DNA of 64,000 nt from Trichoplax adhaerens (taxonomy: Eukaryota > Animalia > Placozoa). Of the stretch, positions 26,301 to 40,358 are shown in pieces. Each line of letters begins with the position of its first letter. Positions within the stretch are counted from its first letter, which is position 1. The stretch is from the NCBI RefSeq assembly GCF_000150275.1, contig NW_002060946.1:3243454-3307453 (forward strand). Direction: 5' to 3'. The translations under genes were made by a program, and so were the position numbers. Under the pieces are notes generated by a model. It ran no database searches. It had not been told where the DNA came from and was given only the letters and a program-made list of their open reading frames with translations.

Positions 26301-29300
26301 TGGCAAAATCTCGTAGTCAGGCTATTCAACAAAGTTCTAGCTACAATTCTTTCTTTAAAATACATTATTGTCAAAAAGTTAAAACCCTCTAGGCATAGGG
26401 ACTTTCCACAATACTTGTGATGGAAAGATATATTAAAGTAGGATTATTTCTATCCTTTTTTATTTTGCAATCCATTCCTGAATGGATTAAATTGAAGTTT
26501 GAGATGACAGATGGTAGTAACTCAATGATAGTGGATCATTGTTGCTAGGGTACAACAGCAATTAATTTTAATTCAATTACTAAATTAGAAAAGTGAATGA
26601 TGTCAAGGATTAATTGATTATTCTAGGCATATTATTGAAACTTAGTGTTCTTTCCTAGATTTCCTAATTGTTTATCGTTGAGAATCTCCTCGATTAACCC
26701 ATAGTATGCTCGACTTTTTGCCACCAATGCTTATCATCCATTGAAATTCAAGCATGGGTAGCAATATCCAATTTTAGCATTATGATGCATTGATGATTTC
26801 ATGCCATCACTTCCATTCTCTATGCCTAGTGATTGAACATAGCTTAAAGCAATGTCCATGGAATGTATTCTAGCATAATAGACAGCCAACTCCTTGTCAT
26901 AAATGCTTGTAATAGTTTCAAAATAGAGTCGACACTTTGACATCATCAATTGCTGCTGTACTTTGCCAATGAGTATAAATTCAATTCCATTGAACGTGTG
27001 AAAGTGACAATATCCGACTCAAAGAGTAGAACGGACAATATCGATATTGGATAGTAATTTGTTGCTATCAAGAAATAGAGATAGATGTCATCCAATTGCA
27101 AATAACGATAGTCATCAATTTATCCAGGATAATCATCATCGTCGACAAACAACACTGACCAAAAATAGGACATTCCCGTTTATTCGATAAATACTATCCT
27201 ACTACTTTTTTTTACTCTACAACTCGTTTTAGACGCTTAGAACGAGCCAACTAGAGTAGAGACAATATGGCCATGGATCGAGTTGACTGAAAAGGATTCA
27301 TTGAACTTGGTATCCTATTCCTTGGCAATCAATGTAGAGAATAATATGCGAATATCACATAGCAAGCCAAAAGATACAACAACACATTATTACAAATTTC
27401 CAACTCGCAAAGCCGAATAAATCACATTAATACTCATGGGTCTACTGTTTTTATCCTTTTCGCTTTATAAAAGATACATCGATAGGATAGTGAAATAAAA
27501 AAGCTTCTCATTGCGATTGAAATTACAATCAAACAGCTTTTCCCATGCTTTTTAAAATCAATGACTTTTTATTCTCCAAATTATACTGTACATCAAAAAT
27601 GAAATGAAAGCGAGTCTGTATTATTCCAATATTGTTTTGATGAACCCTATGTAAATAGCCAATAATAGAATTGACATAGAAATTTCAAGAGAATAGCCAA
27701 GAAGTTGTTGATGTCTTATAATCATAGTCCTTATAATTACTACAACATCATTTAAAATGGATTTGAATGCTATCAAATCAATACAATAGATGTTATTTCC
27801 GTCGACTTTAACGAACAATAATTTCATTTTGAAATGGATCAAAAATGAGTTTGTCTCTTAACTCTTTTTTTCCTTCTTGTACAGAAATATACCATAGCGC
27901 TTCCAGTACTTGCAATTCTCTTGGCAGTATTAGAATTAGGCTGTCATGTCATTGCTGGAGTCAATGCTTTTGCCAGGATTAAATATCATATTGGATATGG
28001 TATTATTATCCCTATTCATTTCCTACGATTTATATCGCTATTCCATATAACGTATGCCTACTGCTATTTTATGGCATGTGCTGTTACCTTGATGTCTTTG
28101 ACCGGGCTTTCAATGCGCCAATGGACAGGTAAGTTCAACTTGAATCCACTTGAAAATGAAATAATTGCTAGCAAGACACCAATTGCATTTTAGGCTCGTA
28201 TTAATAACTTTATTACAACAAAGTAGAAAGTAAAAATGCTGCTTATCATCAGCTGAGCAAGTACAGTCTATCGCTAGTTATAATAGGAAGATATCCACTT
28301 GTATTTTACACTCTAATCGTAATCAAGAATTCTATTGCAATATGGTAGACTCGATTATCATCGATAACTTCATTACAACATTATAGACGGTAAAAAGGTT
28401 ACCTATAGTCACCTGAGAATGTAGAAGAAACATTGCAAACTATTTTTTTCACATAGTTCAGCAAATGAGCGCAAATACATTCATAAAAATTAACTTGTCA
28501 AGCACAACTTTGACATATAATTTTACCAGTATGGAGTACAGCATAGCAACCTAACATCGTATATCTGAAAAAATATTCAACGTAGTAATACCTTCTAATT
28601 GCTGTGATACAATCAAGTCGAAGTATGGTATCATGGTGGCGATGCCATGACATGATACTCCTCCAATGAACAATATTCTTAATAAATATCTGATGTTGTC
28701 TATTTTTTTTAACAAAACGGACCGACTGAAGCAATGTTAATTAGACAGTTGCTAATTGCAATTAATTAATTACATTATGAGCATTGAACTACAGTATATC
28801 AGTATACAGCAATTACAGCTTTTGAATAGGATTCTACGAAAATACTAATAAAACTCTTTCCTACTAGACATAGCAATTTTACAAAATAACTTTTAATTTC
28901 TATTGATGAATTTTTATTTTGAATTCAAATTGACCTTCATTTCTTCATTTATAGAACAAGCTGGAAGTGTTTTACGTGTTTCACCTCCGGAAATATCATT
29001 TGGTGAAGCGGTTCATTCTTTCGGCTTAAGATCAACATTTGTCAGTGATGCATCAAAAGCTTGCGAAGTTAGTTTTCATTAAAAAGCAAGAAAAAAAAAT
29101 ACAATTGTGTAGTTTGGATAGAACATGTTTATCCAAGGGTAGAATGACTATTTATTTCTCTTATATGCCCATATTTTTTATTCAATACTTTTCTAGGGCA
29201 TGCTGACCGTCACATTTATCATCAGCTTTAGCTCAATCGTTCTCAATTCCTACAATTTCTTATTTACCGAAAGATGCGGTGTTTATTTATGGTCAGTTGT

Positions 29301-30650
29301 AATATGTCTATCTCAAGTTATAACACCACTGGCGGTATCAGCTTGGGCGACAAAAGCATATCACGACTATACGCTTATAGTTGTGCAAGCATGGGTTACA
29401 CAACCTGATGAGGACGACATCAAGGAAATGGAAAAGCAGAAATCCATGCAATCTGGAGATTCACCAAGAAAAAGAACCTGGAAAGATGTTCTTCGAAAAA
29501 ATACCAAAGTAAGTCAATTGTAAACATTCTGGATAGAAAAAATTATACTATAGAAAATATTATTTTCTATATTCAAAATGGAAATTTTAACGCTCTCATT
29601 TGCTACTTGGATATACTTTCAATTGTTTTTAAAATTGTTCCATAATTATTTGCTAACTAGATTAATCCTGGTGCTCAGAACATATTGAATACTGGAAATA
29701 ATCTAGCTCCACCTTCATCTGATACCAATTCTCCACAAGCAACTCACCACAATCGAACAAATAAACTCGGCAATAATGAAGATGATAATTCCTCCGCTCC
29801 AGAAGAATCCAACTCACCACGATCCAATTTATTGTTAAAGCTAAAAAATTTAAAAAGTAACGAAGAATTAACGCCTACACAAGATGAATCAGTCTCCAAT
29901 ACTAACATAACGCTTAATTCTCCTCGTTCAAATCTACTATCGAAATTAAAAAATCTCAAAGAAAATGATCAACTACCTCCTACGCCTATCCAATCGCTTC
30001 GCAAGAGCAGCTCTAGTAATAGTCTCCAGATCAAAGAATTTAGGGATTCATTAACTAATAATAATAATAATAATAATGATGTTGTTATACCAATGGAACC
30101 ATTATCAGATAAAGAATCACCGACTACCAATACTAATGGTTCTGGTATCGATATCACTGCTGGAAGTGAAGGCGGGGTTAAGAAAAGAAATCCTTGGAAA
30201 TTAGCCTTGGATACTGCAAAAGATGAAAAGGAAAGCTTCAATAACGCTGATGTTTCCAAGTTAAACACTTCTGTTGGTGATGGCGGTAGCGATAGCAATG
30301 AGGGACCTTTGCCATCTCCAGTAAAAGAAGAGAAAGTAGTCAAAGAAAAAAATAATCAATTTTTAAATCTAATTCGCGGAGTTGGTCTAGTTGCTGGTAA
30401 ACTACGACGGAAACGAAATCAGCAGCGCCTAAACTTTGAAAAATACATCACTTACTTGCAAAGTATCAAATCGGAAACTGGATTCTCGGTTATTCGATCA
30501 GTGATGACATGGGGTGGTGTATCCAATTTTGTATTTATAGTATTTTCTGCTGTGGCAGTCTTTGCCCAAGAGGCAATTTTTGGCGATGCCACGGACAGGA
30601 ATGTGAATGCTTGCTTAAACAAAACTGTAATTTTTCTACAAAATTTATAG
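23320..30650 (+). CDS. Seven-TM gustatory-receptor-like (GRL / 7TMIC superfamily) membrane protein, 714 aa, 5 exons
   Basis: Phase-compatible exons 23320-23805, 27885-28128, 28955-29067, 29197-29508, 29661-30650. Seven hydrophobic segments; N-terminal 'EPLHLLGAF' pre-TM1 element; C-terminal 'FEKYITYLQSIKSETGFSVIRSVMTWGGVSNFVFIVFSAVAVFAQE' resembles the GR/GRL/DUF3537 TM7a-TM7b signature. Gene structure is solid; family call is by motif recognition only. Confidence 0.72.
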
Positions 30651-32508
30651 TTTAACACTATGTAATTTATCCATTCGCTATAACATCAATCTGTAGCTTT
30701 TATAACATGCCTATCATTAGGCTTGCCTAAGCATATTTCAAAAAGTGACATTAAAATTTTTGTATCATTGGGCCAGATAGTGCAGGCTGATATTCCTCTT
30801 TTTTAGCTTGCAACAATCAACCATTATCACTGTAATAATGGTATTATTTTTTTACATGACAGTGGTCAAACTACTACGTTGCTTGGACTGATGAAATAGC
30901 ACCTTTCTATTCATTCCAAATTTACAATTAAAAATTGATGCGATGCAATGGAACATGATTCATACTGACTTGTAATTTGTAAGGCTATGATGCTATTGAC
31001 ACCCTTATTAATTCCTTTCGCCTAGTATCTATGTTTAGAAATAACATATATTAATAGACAGGCGAGATTTGTTTTGTTATGCCTTAAATACCATTGATAT
31101 GTACGTATATCAACTATATGTTAGGTAGCATATTGTATCAATCAATGGTAGAGTCGAGTTCCATTTTCTACTGAATATTGAATCTAGACAGGCAACGCTT
31201 TTGCACCTTATTATTTATGTACAAATTAAAAATATCCTACAGATTATACACTTAATTATTAGTAAGAATATATTTATTCATTAAAAGACGTACAAATTCA
31301 TTTTATAAACGTCAGGCTATCATTTTATTATATCGGGTAAATTTAAATATATCATACTATTAAGCGATGGAATCGAGTACAAACTGATTAACACATGTAC
31401 CGCTAGAGACTACTCATTTCTTAAGTAGTCTCTAATACTATTTCGGTTACTACTGTACTCGCATAAATGAACTTCAATATTTTTTATATAACCCAGCTAT
31501 TTTTACTGTTACTGCTTATTGTATGCGTTATATAATGTATTATAGACCCTACTTAAGGTTATTGCAGTCCAAATAATTTCTATTTTATGCTAAAGCAGAA
31601 TATTGTATGTTGCTTTTTAATTACTAGCATGCTGATACAATATTGACTACACACTTTTACTAATTTTGCGACTTTTGATGCCATCAGCTGCTACAATACT
31701 TGGTCAGCACTGAAGCTGCCTAGCTAAAATGTATTTGCATAAAAGCATCACAACTATTTGCTATAATTATAAAGACTTTTTGCTATCGTTAATTCGACTT
31801 AAAATATATTTTTAAATCTATAGATAGTATTCAAATAAAAGTAAACATATTTGGATGGATCAATAAGTTTATATAGTTATCTCCGTATATGGCTGAAGTC
31901 AGCTGATGTCAAAAGCATTAAAGCAAGCAAGTTTAAATATCCATCTCATTTGTATCTAGTAAGCTATGCCAGAGAAGAATACAGGTATTTCTAGGCAAGC
32001 ATAGTATCTTAAGAGCGCATAACAACCTTAACCGCTATAATTTGATACATAAAAGCATCTCAACAACATCTAGGCAGCTATACCAGAGAATACAGTAGAT
32101 ATTTTTAATCGAATGCAATTAATATTTAAGAACATACAGCGATCCGAACCATTATGGTTTTGTATAGCATTCCATATAGCGTCATTCTTTAAAGAATAAT
32201 AGTAGATTACAACTTATTCTCTTATTGTAAACTGTGAATAAACAGCATACTTTTCCGTAGAAAACACATAAGTCAACCAAGAGTGAAAAGTGATTGATAT
32301 TACTTTACAGCTAGCTACGCCAAAAAGAACAGTTTAAAGCATTCAAAACAATATAAATGACTGTACATGAATTTAGAAACAATTTATCTGCCACTGAGCT
32401 CTCTGTCATGATTTAGCCCATCCGAAGAAGCAATAATCTGTTACTATTTCAAGAAATGGATAGAAAATCGCTTTACAAGTGAGCTACTTGAGCTGAGACA
32501 TTGTAATT

Positions 32509-35116
32509 TTACCACGTCCTTGGTCCTTTATTGTTAATACCAGTTATATTTGCTACCTATAATACGAAAAACACATTTATTACTGAGCTGTTCTACTGTG
32601 CGTTTTACAGTTACATTCTTTCAATAGACATTAAACCTATTGCCGATAAAGATTAATCAGATATCATAAATGATGCACAAGACTAACCGTATTAAACATT
32701 CCAGATAGCAGATGATTCGCACTATCGCATCCTCCTTTTAGCTTTAATAGATGAGAAGTATAACATTATTTTACGCTTATTCATAGCTCAAAGGTTATAA
32801 ACCAATCGCAAATCAAATAAACTAGCAAAGATTCTTTAAATCAGACATTTTGCCTGGTATGATTATATTATTTGCTACACATACCATATAACCTAGTCTC
32901 CTCAATTTGGCTATATCATGAAATCTGCTATCGAGAAATTGCCATGTTTTCGCATAATCTTCAGACTTATCTCGTATCATGTATACCTCTATAAAAAGAA
33001 CGCTTGTATACTAAATTAAATTATTAGTGTAAGAAATCTTTGTAGACTTTAATTACCTACCAGTTGCGTAATAGATCTTGCCTAAAATTGCCCTTTTAGT
33101 ATACCAATTGAACTGTAAAATAAAATCAACCGACCATCGTTTAAAGATAAAGCTTCAAAATCGATCCATTTTATACATCAGGTTTGAAAAGTATTCACTA
33201 ATACTAAAATTGTTTACGGATACTAACATCAGCGGACCTATCACCAGCATAATACCATATATCATCGACCATGACAGCACCACTACATAAAGCATCAGGC
33301 GCATTTTCTGGCATTAGCATTAACCCCATAGCCTATTACACAGTATAATTCAATGAATTCTATATTTCTTGAATTGATATATTAATCAGTCAGTTATCAG
33401 TTAGTAATATTATAGGGTAGTCCTACTTAAAATGGGTAACTGTAGTTAATCGACTGTTATTATGGTAGAATTTCTGCAGCATGATAGCAACAATTGACCA
33501 AGGAAATATACCGAAACTCACCTGAGGCCATTTTTTCATATAAGGGATAATCATCCGAAGCCTATATTCCACTGCATCTCGAATAAACACTGTTCCTGTT
33601 TTCTTTTCATCTCTAGTAATAAAAATAATTCATTGAACAATCGTTGATTAGACAAAACCAACGAATGATGATAAAATGATGAAAAAATGTTCGCTCGCTA
33701 TCATATCGTATCATGTCAATCATAATATAATACTAACTCATTAGCATTGTTTTTAGCATTTTTCATGTACTCGACCAGCTCTCCATTACACTTTTCGATG
33801 AAATGTAAGACAAGATCGCTACCACCACGAGGTAGCAAACCTTGTGCTGCTGAAGATAGTCCAACCACTTTTGCACCTTCAGCTATAGCCTGAGATGACC
33901 ATCCGTACTGACTTACAAATGGTAATGAAGAGTCTACAATTTTTTGAATAATTTCTGCATCAGATTCTTCGGTGCGTCTATTAGCTTCTTCATTACTTGT
34001 TGTTCCTTGGCTATTAAGATTTAAACAACGGGATATTCAATCGATATTGGTAATCATTCCTTTACCGATAATGACTGGCTAAAGTACTACTGATAGAAGT
34101 AATTCCTATTAATTTTTAATAACACAGTTCCATCAGTTGGCTACTATCTAATTATGCAAATTTTTTACTTGATCTTATCCAATATACTATACAAAATTCA
34201 TGCTACTGTATGTATTTTGTTCTCTAACGTTATTCTGTTATTGAATTATATCCATGGCGGACCTCCCTTGCTTAAAATCATCTATAGTGTTTAACCTAAA
34301 TTTAACTACACCTACAACACAGCAAGATTTTCATTTGAACATATATACAGATAATATGATGTTTAATAACTCTAATGGGCAACATATCACATGTAGAACG
34401 TGTTGAATTTAACGAAATACCGTACATCCAATGTGATACAGTCAACGATGATTCTATCGTAAATCCATGATGTGAAAACTTAACTGACAAAGATATAAGT
34501 CCATTGTAAAGCTATCAATGCTAACTCGTTGAGATGCAATGTCACCGATGGCATTATTACTAGATGTATCTTGTATAGTACATCCTATCTGAGCCCGTCA
34601 ATAAAGCATATAATTGCACATGTAGAATATGGATATCTGCAGGTATACCATCGCTATTCTATTCAACGACGAATTACAGTCTTTTTAGGTATTGCAAACT
34701 ATTCATGATACAAGTCTAAGGGTAGTTGTTCAACTATCATTTACCCTAGAAAATTACTCACAGTAATCTTACGGCGATAAACTGATTATTAACTAGCTAG
34801 TACTGCAAACAAGTATTTTAAAAGATTGGGCTAAAAGCAAAGTACTGTATATACATATCGTTGTGGTCATTGCTATGATTACGATGGAAGTTGCTTTTCC
34901 ATCGTTATCCCTACCTATCTGTAGATGCTTGATCTGTACACAGCAACCTCGTTAAACATATACACCTACGTGTTACCAAACCTAAATAATTAACATCATG
35001 ACAATAAAAAATAAATCAATCCTCCTTCTTAAATGTATTTGAATAAATTGGTCAATCTAATTCATACTCTCCGATTTTAGCTTACCGGTGGAAAGTCGGC
35101 TAAGCATGATGGACAT
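32509..35116 (-). CDS. COQ9: Ubiquinone biosynthesis protein COQ9, mitochondrial
   Basis: Transit-like MSIMLSRLSTGLVTRR; IVDSSLPFVSQYGWSSQAIAEGAKVVGLS...DLVLHFIEKCN; FIRDAVEYRLRMIIPY; MVDDIWYYAGDRSAD|FNWYTKRAILGKIYYAT|EVYMIRDKSEDYAKTWQFLDSR; ends VANITGINNKGPRTW*. Start codon is a best guess. Confidence 0.92.
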
Positions 35117-35795
35117 GTTGTTTACCACTATATCTAACAATCGTTCAACATAAACATCTATCAAATGCTTGCTTATAATAAAATAATTGACTCATCATAG
35201 TAATCCATTACAGCAAAATAGCCATTAGAGAGAGTTATAAACGCTCATTCTTACCTTTCTTACTGCTAAATTGTCAGTTTTTGCTAATCCTACTACCTTG
35301 GAAGCCTAATAACTTGTTAAAGGACAGCGATGGAAGTTGATATGGACGAAAGATTGCATCAGAGGTCTTTCCGGACGCTGTCTGTAGTTTTGACTGGTAG
35401 CTAATGTACTCTAACAGTACTGCGCAATACATGACACAGACTAAGTCAAAAAGCATACAGCTTTTTCCTTTTTTCCATCCATGGACTGGCTCTATAGTAA
35501 ACCTTTAAGTCCAAAGATCGCTATACAAAATCCAAGCGCGTAGCGCATGGTTGCGTATAATACTAGACCGTAGATCATCAAGCAGTTCAACAGCTCGTGC
35601 CTTGTGGCCAACTAGCTCCTCCATTAATTCTTCATTAATTTTCAATATTAATTGGTTATTTCCAGTCTACTGTATATTAGATGATCTTGCAATCATACCA
35701 TGATAATATTGTTTATTAAGTAATTCATTGATTCGACATTGCGTGAGTATTAGTAATTTATAAAGGTTTTAAATCTTTGTTCTCAACTGGCTTCC

Positions 35796-38700
35796 ATGGC
35801 GACTGTTGATGAGGTAAGTTAAGGTCTGCAAATGTACATTAAATGAGATCACAAGAGGTAAAAGGAAACGCTAACAGAACCTCTTGATGAATAATGACGG
35901 TGTACTGATTAATTTACTTGATAGTACTGCAATTTAGAAGGTAAATGAATGACAGGTATCTTTAAATCTCTCTACTAGCATGTGTCGAGGTGCAGCTCGA
36001 AAATTATAGCAACCTCCTGAATCTAGATCAGTTATGTCAATGCTCAGGTGTAGCAAGTGCCGGCAAATATCTTTAAATTTCCGCAATTACATCGCTCTCT
36101 ATATGCATCAGTAGATACCTTTAAACGAGTGGTACAGACACAGTTTAAAAACTTCGGTAATTACATGATTCTTCCTATAGGCTTCCATCTACAAATACCT
36201 TTAAATCTCTGTACTATAGTTATATAAATATGGTTCGAAAAAGCTGGAGTAATGGCAGGATTCTCCATATGCATCAACAGATACCTTTCAGTTTCCATAC
36301 AGGCGCTACTCAAAAATCTTGACAATTGTGCGATTCTCTGTATGCTGCAGCAGATACCTTTCAATCTCTGTACAAATGATATGCAAGACTTAGTATGAAA
36401 CTTTCATACACGCTTCGAAAAACTTGATTAACGCAATTGCATGATTCTCCATATGCATTGGCAGATAACGACCGGAAAACTTTGACAAATTGCATGATTT
36501 CTCATTCGTACATATACGTCAGCAGATACCTTTTAATTCTCTATCCTAGATGTGTACAGATAAGGCTCGAAAATTTTGCTAATTGCATATAATTCTTCAT
36601 ACGATATACGCCAGCAAATACCTTTAATTCTCCACATTGTATGTGTACAGACACAGCTCGTAGGCTTTAGTAGTTGCATCATTGTATAGTGTTTCTATCT
36701 GACATTACTCTACATGATGAGCATAAGTAACTATATGTGTACAGGTACACATCTTGGAAACTTTGGCAATTGCAAGATGCACACTACAGTACTGTATACG
36801 CGTATGTCTACTATGAGCTAACAGAAATTATGAGCTCGTTCTGATAATAAATAGGTAGCCATGCCTATTATACGTAATACTGCAATAATATGAAGTTGCT
36901 TAATTCGTCGAAGTAAACTTTACAATAGTCTACAGCGCCGGCAGTTTATTTCTCCTAGTTATCTGTAGAAATTAATAATGTTTATACAGTATGTAAGTTT
37001 TCATTCCTTTGATATCATTATATTAAGACTTTCATTACTTTTAATTAACAATAATTTATTATTGCCTAGATTGTTTCAGCTGATTTACCTCAGGCTTTCT
37101 CAAAGCTTGAAGAAATAACACAAAAGGTGAGCAGTAGCAACACAACACAGATGTACGAAAACTACATATTCAATTTTACTTTGCATTCTATTCAATACAT
37201 ATTTGATTTACCATGTACTGCATAACTAGGTAGCTGTTCTGGGTCAAAGATTTAAGCTTTATAGTTCTTAAATATTACATTACGCTTGTATCCATAGTAT
37301 TGACGATAAGCATTACCCATGTTATTACTGAATAGGAAATTTTTATCCTGTATTCATCTCCAGGTTTCGTCATTAACATCGAAAACCAGTGAAGTATTAA
37401 AGGATGTATCAAGTAAGGAAGTTTCAACTGCTAAGGTAAACCAACATACAATGATATCTGCCGATATATACATATCATTGACAGAAACTGATATACAGGC
37501 ATACAAATACACAAGTACATATCTCACTTAACCGCGTATTAAAAAGATTTCTGACGTTTAACGTAAATATCATAGAATTTTTAATATGGCAATATAGAAT
37601 TATCCAGCAGTTCATGTTCATTAATTCTAGCGCTATTTGTGAATTGTATTAGTGTTAGCATGAATTAATATAAAAATACTTCTATTTTGTTAACAAATTT
37701 GAATAAAGGGAATAAACTATCTGGAAATGAAATATCAGCTATTATTAGAGTAAGTACGAGTGCAATAGCCTTTATTAATTTTTTGGTCCAGAATCTAATA
37801 TTTTATCACAATTATTCAATCATTACTATAGAAGAAGTCAATCTTCACTACAATATGATTTAATACTAGTGCAATTCTAAACATTTTTATTCATTACTTA
37901 TACCAGCAAATGTTGATTACATTTACTATGGTAGTATTTTACACTTGCTGAAGATTATGTTTTAGAATAGAACAAGGTCTTTGTAGTTGTGATATACTGA
38001 TTTGGTTGCTAGCTTGTTAATGTACCTACATTCCAATTCTACAGATATTTGATCAATTTGGTATATATCGTATACATAAAAGTAGACGGTGCATCGTTGG
38101 CTGATTGTCCAGCGATCGAAAGGCTCGTTGAAATACGAACTGTACGTGCTCATTTTTCTTAACTATTTTCAATCAACACAAGTTTCTAATGCATGCTGTA
38201 ATGTATCTTATGTAATGATGATTTTGTCCTACTTATAAGGTCTTGGAGCGGATCAGACCCATTGATCAAAAATTACGCTACCAAATAGATAAATTGATTA
38301 AAGCTGCAAATACAGGCCATGCAATAGGCAGAAACGACCCATTACAATTCAAACCGAATCCTGATGCGTTAGTTAGTAAGGTAAAGAGAAAAAATTTTTC
38401 CCAGTATCATAATAAAGTAAAATCGATTGTAACTTCTTAAGTATTGGAAACTTTTCATGTATTTGACAAAAGCACCCACCGCCAAAATCGTATAGTAATT
38501 AATTTGTTATGTAGACACGTATATCTCGATTCCTACCGTATCTGATATAATATGTAACACCTGGTTTAGCTTGATGTAGATGATGATGAAAAAGAAAGTT
38601 CTGGAGTGTATGTACCACCGAAAGTTGCTGCCACACCGTTCGGTTTGTCGATTATTAACTACTAACGTTCGCTAAATTAAGTAGTGTCAATTTGCTAAAG

Positions 38701-39833
38701 CATTCTGTTAATAATAAATTTTACTGAAAACCAACGTCGTAAGTAACTAAAGAATTTTCTCTAATTTTACCAGAGGAAGAATCTGGATTTGAAGCTAAGA
38801 AGAAGAAAGTAATAGAAAGGGCTCGTCGTCGGGTCCTTAATAGCGATATGCTTAAAGATCTTAAAGGTTAAAGCTTACCACTCATATTTTTCGATTGTCC
38901 GAATTTTGATACTATCGTTTTTACCAATATATAGAACAATACCTGAACGAACCGGAAGAATATAAGGTATAGCCTTTCTTGATTTTGTATAATAACCACT
39001 AGTCGTGGTAAGCTATCCTTGGGTAGTGTAAAGGAAGAACAATCTTCTATTATATTTCAGTCAGTGTTAAGCTTTACAATATCACTAAATATTTTCACTA
39101 ATACGATATGTAAACCAATTTTATAAAACAGGACACCGCATCTAAGAATCCTGTAGTGCGCGAAAGAGAAGAGCACCTTAGAAAGTAATGCTTAAGTTTA
39201 TTCTCATGCTTACTCGTATGTCTTGATAATCTAAGAATAAACTTTCGCCAATTTTACTATTTGTAGTTATGAGGAAGAAAATCTGATACGTTTGCCAACA
39301 AAGAAAACCCATAAAGTATAAAATGTTTTTGATTTTGATGCTGTATTGTTTTTTATGACATAAGATAGCTTCTACTCATTAGTCCTGTTCAATAATATGT
39401 TAATTAACCATAATTAATCTGTCTACTACCTAGAAAATGCGACATACAACAGAGTCCTTGGACAATATCACTAAATTTGAAGACTTGAGCGTCTTAACTG
39501 ATGAGGTAAATATTTCGTGTTCAATTAAAATTGTAATCATATTGCTGATTGTTTATAATTAATAAATGATTGGTTTCCTTAATACCGCCAGAATCCTCAC
39601 CATTTAGATTTATCAAAAAAGCGTAGCAAAAAGGTAACTATTTATCAGCAATTGTCTAATATTCTGTGCTTAAACTTAATGACCTCTCCTCCCTTCAGGC
39701 TGGGAAGAAAAAATCGAAACTGAAAAATAAGAAAAAGGGCAACTTCCTAAGTATAGTTGTAATTTTTACCATTACATTAAGTATTTGTTCTGAGTGTATA
39801 ATTTCATTTACAGGAAGAAAGCGCAAGTCATAA
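35796..39833 (+). CDS. NGDN: Neuroguidin (Sas10/Utp3/C1D family, Lcp5 orthologue)
   Basis: MATVDE|IVSADLPQA...|GINYLEMKYQLLLEYLINLV...AIERLVEIRT|VLERIRPIDQKLRYQIDKLIKAA...DPLQFKPNPDAL; GVYVPPKV; YEEENLIRL; basic tail ending RKRKS*. Confidence 0.93.
35950..36780. repeat. Degenerate ~80-90 bp tandem repeat in NGDN intron 1
   Basis: Core 'gcatgattctccatatgcat..cagatacctttaa.tctct' recurs about 9 times (e.g. ~36112, 36192, 36278, 36351, 36523, 36613). Confidence 0.75.
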
Positions 39834-40358
39834 AACAGGTTTCATGCAATATCGGAAAGTTTTATAGACACTACATGATATCGAGAACTTTCTTTTATTC
39901 TACATTCGGTTGGCTTACTGCAGCAGCTCATTGGAATATAAACGAGTTAATCACCCAACGTGATGTCATATATATATATATATATATATATATGTGCGTT
40001 TCCAGTTATTAAAAAAACACGTTTGATAATACTTTACTTAAGCCATTTAAATAACCACTCTTCGAGACTATATATTATATACGAAACTATCTTACGGCTT
40101 CGTCAATCTTCTGTGACGAATTTTTAAATACGATATAATGTTCGAATAAATTAATGAGTTATTTCCATAGTGATCTCCTACGGCTATCTAAAGTTATTAC
40201 ATGAATATGGTCTATTAATTAAAGTGATATTGTACATAAAAGGATGACTACTCAATATAATTTTCTCCAAGAGGCAAGATGAGAAGAGTATATAACGTAC
40301 ATTACAGAAGTGTAAATCATAAATCAGTCATACTTTGATAAAATACAATATTCAACAA

